From Octopus sinensis (lineage: Eukaryota), in the NCBI RefSeq assembly GCF_006345805.1, contig NC_042998.1, forward strand, positions 110,360,001 to 110,424,000: a DNA stretch of 64,000 nucleotides, given 5' to 3'. Position numbers and translations under genes: made by a program. The notes under the pieces are model-generated. The model was not told the DNA's origin and did not search any database. It worked only from the letters and a program-made list of their open reading frames with translations. Positions 55,893 to 64,000 of this stretch are shown piece after piece. Numbering within the stretch: position 1 is the first letter of the stretch; the number at the start of each line of letters is the position of its first letter.

Positions 55893-56689
55893 AGAAAAAT
55901 TTTATAAAGTATAACATTAAAACGCACACACATACTTACGAGAAATTGGAAAAGAATACATAAGATTACCAAATACAGCAACGAGGTCCTGATATACAAG
56001 ACCTGGTGAGAATAATAAAGAACAAAATTAAAAAATAGATTACAAGAAGAAACAAAACAATAGTCGTAAAGACAGAGAAAGATATCAAGAAAATGAACGG
56101 ACAAAATGAATAAACACAAAATCTTACGTATAGAACTCTTGGTAGAAAGTAGAAAAAACATTATACACATATAAATTGAGTAGGAAGCACTCTGTTACCA
56201 TGTGCTAGTCATTCTGAGATCAAAAGGTTTACGATGTTGTCATGTAGATTTTCAGCTTTTGTCTTTTCTCTAACGCATTTATGCAATGTCTCTCCCCACT
56301 GTGTTCGCTATAATCAAGACCATTGATACCATAAATACCATTGCTAAGTCAGTATATCACTAAATTCTATTGTATAATGCGGTTACTATATTCGGAATAT
56401 GTTCATTTTGTGGTTTTTGTGATTTTATATTATTCTAATCACATTCTTGCATCTATATGTACATGCAGAATCACATAAGACGAGGGACTAATGCATACTT
56501 CCACATACAATGTACCAATATGCCCAAAGATACGCACTCAATTGTACACTTACCTATTTGTCTTCAACCTTCCTTTGCACATGGTAAGGAAATGAACACA
56601 AACCCACACGCGCATACGAACACATAAACATACGTGTGTGACATATATATTCACATATACATATATACATATTTTATATATGCATATAC

Positions 56690-56734
<45 letters not shown>

Positions 56735-56746
56735 CATGTATATGTG

Positions 56747-56777
<31 letters not shown>

Positions 56778-56931
56778 GTACATATATACATATGTGTGTG
56801 TGTGTGGTTATGTACATATATGTACATTACACACACTCACACACACACATAATTATAACTGCTCATACAATTATCATTGTGTCTTCATAATTTTAATACT
56901 GGTTTCAATATTTTACCACTGCTGCTGCTGC

Positions 56932-56982
56932 TAGTAGTAGTGGTGGTAGTGGTGGTGATGTTGTCGGTAGTAGTAGTAGTAA

Positions 56983-57027
<45 letters not shown>

Positions 57028-57047
57028 TAGTAGTAGTAGTAGTAGTG

Positions 57048-57086
<39 letters not shown>
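56932..57086. repeat. (GTA)n microsatellite
   Basis: Directly visible. Confidence 0.95.
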
Positions 57087-57224
57087 TTGTTATTTTGTTA
57101 TTGCTTTCATTCCTCGTGACCCATAATATGTCTAAATTCGTCTCTTCATATACTTGTGACTTATTATTATCGGTTTATCATTAATGTATTCTCAATACTG
57201 CTTGTTCTCATAATATTACTTTTA

Positions 57225-57595
57225 TTGCAGGAATGTTAGCACACCAGACAAAATGCTTAGCTGCATTTAGTCTGACCTCAATTCTGTGTTCAAATTCCTC
57301 TGAGTTGATCTTTGCCTTCCATAATTTTGATGTAGATGAATTCAGTAACAGTAATCAACTGGAATAGACAATATCGACTAGCCACCAACCTCAGACCTTC
57401 AACCACTGGCAGAATCGTTTGCACATCGAAGAAATTCTTAACAGCATTTCGTCTGGCTTTACGTTCCCAGTGCAAATGCTGTTTATGTCGACTTCGCCTT
57501 TCATCATTTTGGAATCCATAAGATAAGTAACAGTCGAGCAATGGGATTGATGATACCGACGTACTCCGTACGCCTAGTGCCAAAATTTGAAATTA
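57225..57595 (+). mobile_element. Two tandem decayed SINEs with Nin/Deu-like domain
   Basis: Each has gcag(g)aat(c)gtt(a/t)gcaca...gccttc(c/t)at...gat.a.t.agtaacagt, resembling the GCCTTTCATCC..GTCGATAAAxxAGTACCAG Nin/Deu block. Confidence 0.65.
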
Positions 57596-57619
57596 TTATT
57601 ATCATTGAGTGAGAGGGAG

Positions 57620-58075
57620 ACAGAGAAAAAGAAAGAGAAAGCAGTGCATACCAGTGACACTGGGGTAAAATATATGAAGCCCAGCATGCCCATCATAACT
57701 ACTGATCTGATAATAGTACACCAGGTACATGCATCACAACCATATGTGCGCGACATGGTGATCCCATATCAAGATAAACAGCGCATGACCTTGCAGGTGG
57801 GACCCAGTTAGAATTTTCTTCAGGTCGAGTAGCCCTTTCTGTTAAAAAAAAGTCCCTGAATAAGGGTTGTTTAAGGATGTTGAATGAAACACCCATTTTT
57901 CCAATGGTGAATTATTCAAACTCCAAAGAATTCCTCGCAACACATGGCTATGATGCTCTCCGACTTCCTCTGCTCGTGATTAGCGATGCACATGTTAGCC
58001 ACCAACTGATATGTTCAACTGGTTATGGTCAAACAACTTACAAGCAAATCTATGGTACTGAGCAGAATATTTGCA
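57620..58075. repeat. Interspersed repeat, family unassigned
   Basis: GC-richer block bounded by trinucleotide tracts; recalled as a common octopus repeat, not verified. Confidence 0.4.
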
Positions 58076-58137
58076 TCATCATCATCATAATCATCATTAT
58101 TATATGAAAACTCAGCTTCTTTTTTTTACTGGGTATG

Positions 58138-58507
58138 ATGGAAAGTGTCAGCTGTCCAAAGTCAGTAGACTAAGTTGACATTGTTTACTAGTCAAACTTC
58201 AAAAACGCTGCAAAAAGTTCATGCAGTTCCAAGCAATGGTGATTTTGGTAGGTGTTCTATCTTTACCAATCTTTTTGAGCCATGTTGGTCGTTGAGTACT
58301 GATACTTCCAAGTGCACCAATTATTATTCGTATCATGTCTACTCTTTTCATTGACTACAACGTTCGTACTGCCACTTCAAATCCTTCTGGTTGTTTAGCT
58401 TTTCGTCTTTCTCTTTGATCCTGGTGTCACTGGACATGATATGTCGATTTATTACTCACCACAAGAATGTTCGGTTTCCAATGTTTGGACAGGTGAATCA
58501 TTGCATT
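58138..58507 (-). mobile_element. R4/Dong-type LINE 3' end, older copy
   Basis: Homologous to 58637-58875 (ggaaagtgtcagctgtcca 3' end, tgatacttccaagtgcaccaatt = IGALGSI); abuts (ATT)n. Confidence 0.8.
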
Positions 58508-58535
58508 GTTACTATCGTTGTTGTTGTTGTTGTTG

Positions 58536-58629
<94 letters not shown>

Positions 58630-58636
58630 TATTATT

Positions 58637-58975
58637 ATGGAAAGTGTCAGCTGTCCACAACCAGCAAACTAACGTGACACTTGTTTACTAGTCATGTTCC
58701 AAGAACCCTGCGAAGAATTCTTGCAATTCCAAGCAATGCTGATTTTTGTAGGTGTTCTACCTTCACACTTGCATCGATCTTTTTCAGCCATGTTGGTAGT
58801 TGAGTGCTGATACTTCCAAGTGCACCAATTACTATTGGTATCACGTCTACTTTCTTCATTGACCTCAAACTTCTTGCATTTAATGTGCACTCGTTTTCTG
58901 TACCATCTGTACTCTCTGTTCCGGTGGTAATACTCCATAACCATCATGATTACTTGTTTACTCCACTTATACATT
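58637..58975 (-). mobile_element. R4/Dong-type LINE derivative: N-terminal motif joined to C-terminus
   Basis: KWSKQVIMMVMEYY..YRKRVH followed, in another frame, by KKVDVIPIVIGALGSISTQLPTWLKKI..LQKSALLGIARILRRVLG*. Confidence 0.8.
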
Positions 58976-59000
58976 ATTTGTTCTCATCTTGTGTGTTGTT

Positions 59001-59046
59001 AACACGACGTTTCGGCTGATATACCCTCCAACCTTCTTCAGGTGTC
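59001..59046 (-). ncRNA. Minimal type-I hammerhead ribozyme (best-preserved copy)
   Basis: Minus strand: GACAC CUGAAGA A GGUUG-gaggguauau-CAGCC GAAA CG UC GUGUU. All core nucleotides intact, GUC cleavage triplet, ACGU palindromic helix III. Confidence 0.88.
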
Positions 59047-59107
59047 TTGGGGAAATTTCGAACCTGGCTTCTCACTCCCAACTTATTTTTCGATGTTGTT
59101 GTTGTTG

Positions 59108-59169
<62 letters not shown>

Positions 59170-59249
59170 GCTATTATTATTGCTATTATTATTGCTATTA
59201 TTATTATTGTTTTAGTTGTTGTTGCTGCTGCTACTGTTGTTGTTGTTGT

Positions 59250-60210
59250 TGAGGGAGATATTAGCAAAGTGTTGTATTATTCTTGAATACTGTCCTGATG
59301 TCATATGGGCAGCATATCTTTCGTATCTTTTCGGAGAGGCCTTTCACACATGATATGCCGAATTGAAGTTGAGGTATCGTCCAGTAAATGTTGGCTTGCG
59401 GTATACGGATGTCCTGAATCCATACTTGGTGCGTGAATCTATACTTGGTGTTTGTATCCGTGCCCTTTATATAATTTTTGTTTGTTTGCTTGTTTACCTA
59501 TGTATCACTATTTCTTATATTCATCATAGGTATGTTTGATATTTTTGTGTATATTACACCGTTTGTATCTGTGCATTTTTTACTTCTGTCTTTAGTCGTC
59601 GTGTCGCTTGGTGTGGTGTTCCAGGATTTACTCCTGTATAGCAGGTTCATCCCATTCACATCATGCACGCTTGCTTTCGAATTATAAATCTGCGGCCACG
59701 TTTCATACCCATTCACTAGATGGTAACAAAAAATAATTGTTTTTTCACTGGTTTCAGATACTTCCAGCAGATCTGAGCAAATATAGAAATTACTTCGTAC
59801 CCTCACTGGCGATATGTGTCAGAGAGTGTTGTTGATGCTCTCTGACTGGGTAGTTTAGCTTCAATTCCGGTTCCGCCGTATTTAGATTGCTTCGTCCATC
59901 TGTACTTGTCACTGGTGTCATCGTTATGTACAAACTGTAGATTTCTGTGCATGTTAAATATCCTATCCCTTTCCTCGTCAAGAACTAAATGACAGCACGC
60001 TGGTTTTCCTTGGAACACATTATCTATCTGCAACTGAGAACAAGAAAGAAATTGCTTTAAAAGTGTTAATCTTACAACATGTGCAATCCGAGTGACTTGT
60101 GTCAGATAATATAAAAGATATACCAGCGTTTGCATTACATTCGGTAGAATCCCCGTCGAAAATTCTAAATATAAGCAATTATATGGTGAGCTTTGTGCAG
60201 GTGTCATTCA
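59250..60210 (-). mobile_element. Penelope-like fragments (RT C-terminus 59270-59435; decayed GIY-YIG 59740-60060)
   Basis: FRTSVYRKPTFTGRYLNFNS is a clear PLE RT motif; YLTCTEIYSLYI..VREHQQH is weaker. Confidence 0.65.
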
Positions 60211-60379
60211 TAAACACCCCACCTATGATAAACTAAATAACATGCTATGCAGTAACAAAATTGGAAGTGACAAATGTTATTGTTTCTCAAATGTGCTCAT
60301 ATAGGAAAATAGAAATCCCGGAACTAATAGTGAAATGAAGGAAACTAAAGTAACAAATTCTCTAATCTTTGATAAAGTG

Positions 60380-62270
60380 ACTAAATAAAATAAGTTAAGG
60401 AAAAAAGGAGAACATTCCAAACAATTTTATCAAGAACTAGGTGAAAATAAACAAAACTTAATGTCATACCAACAATATGAGATGTAGAAAATTCTTCGAA
60501 AATATCATCACCCATGGGGTTTTTCACAAGTGCAGCACATAAGGTATTGAAGGCGATATCAATTCAAGAAGTAGTCCAGCTGCTACAAATAGCAAACAGT
60601 GGGAAAGCGCAAGAAACGATAAAATCACAAACTTATATAGTTATATCCTTTAACAAGCACACTAAAATGCTGCCATTAATATTTAACAGCCTATTGAAAT
60701 AGCTGGTTGAAATACATAACTATCCTGGTGAGAAGAAAACCAATAAACAGCAAAGTTAAGCACAACAGAACCATTACCTTTCTACCAACAACTTACAAAT
60801 CTTTAACCCCAGCATTCTCGCAGAAAATATATAATTATATGAAAAATATATTTCCAGGAAAAGAAAGGAGATTCTACTATTGTTCACGGTCAGTTGGCGA
60901 TTAACAAATGCATAACCGAAGACTATAGAAAAAGAAAGAATATACAGAAGGTAGAGATATAGATATAAAATATGAATGCTGTTAACTGTGTTTCCTCTAC
61001 AAGGATCTAGAAATATAGATCAAAAGCAATGATAATCAAGTACATTAAACACGTCATGAATAAATGACAAGACACTCAGCGAATACAAAGAAGAAAATAT
61101 ATTGGAAACGAATTAAAAAATGTGCAGCAAACTAATAGATATTTGTTAAGCAAACTTAACGCAGTAAATACGGTGATAGGCAGCAGAAATCTAACTTTCC
61201 AAGTGAATTTAAAGTTACAATAATCTCATCTGAATACTTAGTAAATTAGCCAGTTTAGATAAGAAAAAAAAACAAAAACTAATGACTGTACTTAGTATAT
61301 AGTATGCAAGGTCTAACATAAAAAGATAATATCTGCTGCAAATGGTGAGATATCATATAAGACTATTATAATACCATATAAATCTATTAGTATTCTATAT
61401 TAAACTGTAATAAAATATCCGATGTTGGACTAGAAAAGATAGGTATTAAAAGTAGCAGAAATTCATACAAATAACTACAAAATATGATCAAAAGAATAAA
61501 ATGTTATTTCTCACTTTAATGATGCAAAAATACATAACGTGGACTAAAGCAGCTTTAAGGAGAAATGATTAATAACAAAATATAAATAAAACAACCACTT
61601 AAAACTAAACTAAAATGTTGGGTTACAGATTGCCATGCTAAACCAAATGCAAGGCAATCACCTGTATGGTAAATACCGGATGAGATTTAATAGTATGAAA
61701 TGGATTGACATGGAAATTTCTCTGAAAAATTTTCAAAACATTCAAAAATTTTAGGCACGATGCTGCGACTAACTGAAGGAATATTTTTAATGTAATAAAT
61801 ATATGAGCTATGCAAATATCAATATGTTCGGCTTCCTTTCTAAAATGAACAAAAATCGAACTACTGAAGTTAGAATTTAGAACTTAGAAAGCTGTCCACA
61901 GTGCATAACGCACACCGTGAAATACTGGCTGACCCAACATACAATGAAAGGAAGGATGGAGATTTCTAAACACAAAAGACACTTTTATTACTGCGATATT
62001 GGAGTTGAGAAAGTATGGTGAGCGTAGTGAAGAAAGAATACTCTTGGCGGCTAAAAGTGACCAAAGAGTTACTGAAAGAGTAGGAGGATTCAAGAGCGGA
62101 AGGAAGAACAGTACAAACATTTAGCAAGGAAAGGAATAACATGGCTATTTCATGCCAGAAACCGAGACCTAAATGTAAAGGATGATTATTATGGCTGACA
62201 GAACGGAACTTCATACGAGAAAATGAAGTGTTAATTACAACCGCTCAAGATTAAGCCATAGGGATGATTC
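60380..62270 (+). mobile_element. Heavily decayed R4/Dong-type LINE RT region (possibly two fragments)
   Basis: Scattered motifs: KQFYQELGE, an NWKAPGxDKI-like block, IFP.K..QLAINKCITED, LYGKY, WL..NF.RENEVLITTAQD*AI (ETExxIxAAQDQA). Confidence 0.6.
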
Positions 62271-62280
62271 TGATAAAGAA

Positions 62281-62445
62281 AGATTCAATTATATTATTTT
62301 GCACAAACAAATGACACATTTCATAAATTACAGCTGTTTCAACACCATTAATAAAATAATTTTTTCAAGAATAATAAAATATCGTTTAAATATAATGAGA
62401 TTTCATCAGATAGACATATCTTCGTAAATATCTCACGAAAAATAG
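62281..62445 (-). repeat. Dispersed repeat with HHR-like cores and long helix II; partner of 20331-20494
   Basis: Minus strand CUGAUGA aaucucauua...uaaugguguu GAAA CAGCUG UA. Confidence 0.7.
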
Positions 62446-62544
62446 CAATTGAAAATTGTCTCCCCAGACACAACAAAATATGATTCAACACACGAACTCA
62501 CATAAAGAATCTTGCAAAACAAATCCAAAAACGAAATATCTGCT

Positions 62545-63246
62545 TATGTGAGTGTTCCATTTATTTCTAATCGTGTTTCTCCTTGAAGAAGGAAGAATAC
62601 TCGTGGATTAATCCAGAAATCGGTCCGATTCGGGAATAACGAATTTTTAAAAAATGTCTGTAAGCTTGCTTTCTTTGTTTCAGCACGCTGTGTATTTATA
62701 GTGAAAAATATTATATGTGGTTAGACATTCTAAAGTCTATTTTTCAGCATACTGGCATAGAAAATCTTTTCTTTTACCCTTATTTATAATTGTTTATATT
62801 TTCACCCTGAAAGGTATTTTAATATGCTGGCCACTGATAATTTCTTTTTCTTTTGAAAAATTTTATTCTTACATTAGAAGTAAATTTATTACGATTCACT
62901 TCGGGACTGGTAACCACTTTACGTGAGTTTTCAGACTCGTGTACTGAAGCTTGCTACAGCATTTCTGTTTGTATATATATTTGGGATACTTAAATGTGCT
63001 CATGACTTTGCATCTGCTTTTTCCGTGGGTATATGTGAGTGTTCCATTTATTTCTAATCGTGTTTCTCGCTGAAGAAGGAAGAATCTACGTGGATTAATC
63101 CAGAAATCGGTCCGATTCAGGAATAACGAATTAAAAAAAATTCTGTTAGCTTGTTTTCCCCGTTTCAGCACGCTGTGTATTTATAGTGAAAAATATTGTA
63201 TGCCGTTAGATTTTCTAAAGTCTAGTTCTTTTAGCATACTGGCATA
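62545..63246 (+). repeat. ~215-bp direct repeat pair (62545-62759, 63032-63246), each carrying an HHR motif
   Basis: Highly similar copies. Copy 2: UCG CUGAAGA aggaagaaucuacguggauuaaucca GAAA UCGG UC CGA. Copy 1 has UUGAAGA. Confidence 0.9.
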
Positions 63247-63779
63247 TATATATATACACAATACAAAATGGGACAAGAACGTAAAACATCCGGACAGCTA
63301 GGTGATACAAAAAGGGACAACAAAACATCCAGATAGATGATACAAAGAAAACAAGGATGGGTCATTCGAAGTTTTCTTTCCTCAGTCAAGCACCAGATTA
63401 TCCTCGCAATTTCGGCTAATTATTCTTGAGATTGCTCCAATCTGGCCAGCCCCAAGGAAAAACTAAGCTAAGAGCATTAGATTCCTTGGAAGAAAGCAGC
63501 GAATGTATACAAAAACATGGACGGAAAAAACGGACAATGTTACACAAATATAGATACAATAAAAAATCCAATAAAAATAATAACAGGACATAACAACAGG
63601 TGTCTTTCGACTAAGGACGAATTGAATTAAGCTGGCGCGTGTGGAAATGAAGTCTTACGGCAAAGATAGAAACATTTCACAACACACAAGGAAGAATATC
63701 GATGAAAGCGGGTGGAGCCGCTCTATGTCCTGATTAATGATACATCTAATGATGGTGTCACAACAAAATCACTGGTAAT

Positions 63780-64000
63780 TACTTGACCCGATAATCGTAC
63801 CTCATGTGAGTGACAATGAAAAAACAAATATTGTGAATAACCGTGGTAATGAAACTGAAGTCATTGATGGTGACAGTGTTGCACTTAGCAGGCTCGGAGA
63901 TTCTGGTCCGGCTCCAGCCTGTTGATATCCAGAAAGGGGCCAGCAGACACGGCGTAGACGGGGCAAGCAAATTAATGCTGTGGTCATGGAGTGTTACTAC
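63780..64000 (+). mobile_element. Probable 5' start of an R4/Dong-type LINE ORF running off the window
   Basis: Final codons RRRRGKQINAVVMECYY match the RxKWxxxxNxxVMECYY N-terminal motif also seen at 58930-58970. Confidence 0.6.

Overview
AT-rich, microsatellite-saturated eukaryotic DNA, most likely intronic or intergenic. The SINE families look like octopus/cephalopod ones, recognised from memory and not from a search. Nearly all ORF-track entries are translations of simple repeats. The recognisable content is mostly decayed mobile elements: several Penelope-like elements (PLE; RT + GIY-YIG, one nearly full length at ~37.9-41.6 kb with a nested RTE), RTE and CR1/L2-type LINE fragments, R4/Dong-type REL-endonuclease LINE fragments in (TAA)n tracts, a Tc1/mariner remnant, and two SINE families. 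Only one candidate host exon was found (31565-31785, minus strand; Cys-rich with a hydrophobic tail). The main hidden signal is about a dozen minimal type-I hammerhead-ribozyme (HHR) motifs, intact or decayed. Several sit at PLE 3' ends, and two lie in HHR-bearing direct repeats of ~354 and ~487 nt period that resemble non-LTR retrozymes or PLE pLTR tandems. Also notable: a twin-priming-type 5' inversion in an RTE LINE and a SINE/LINE shared 3' stem-loop with compensatory changes. Boundaries of decayed elements are approximate; all alignments and folds were done by eye.
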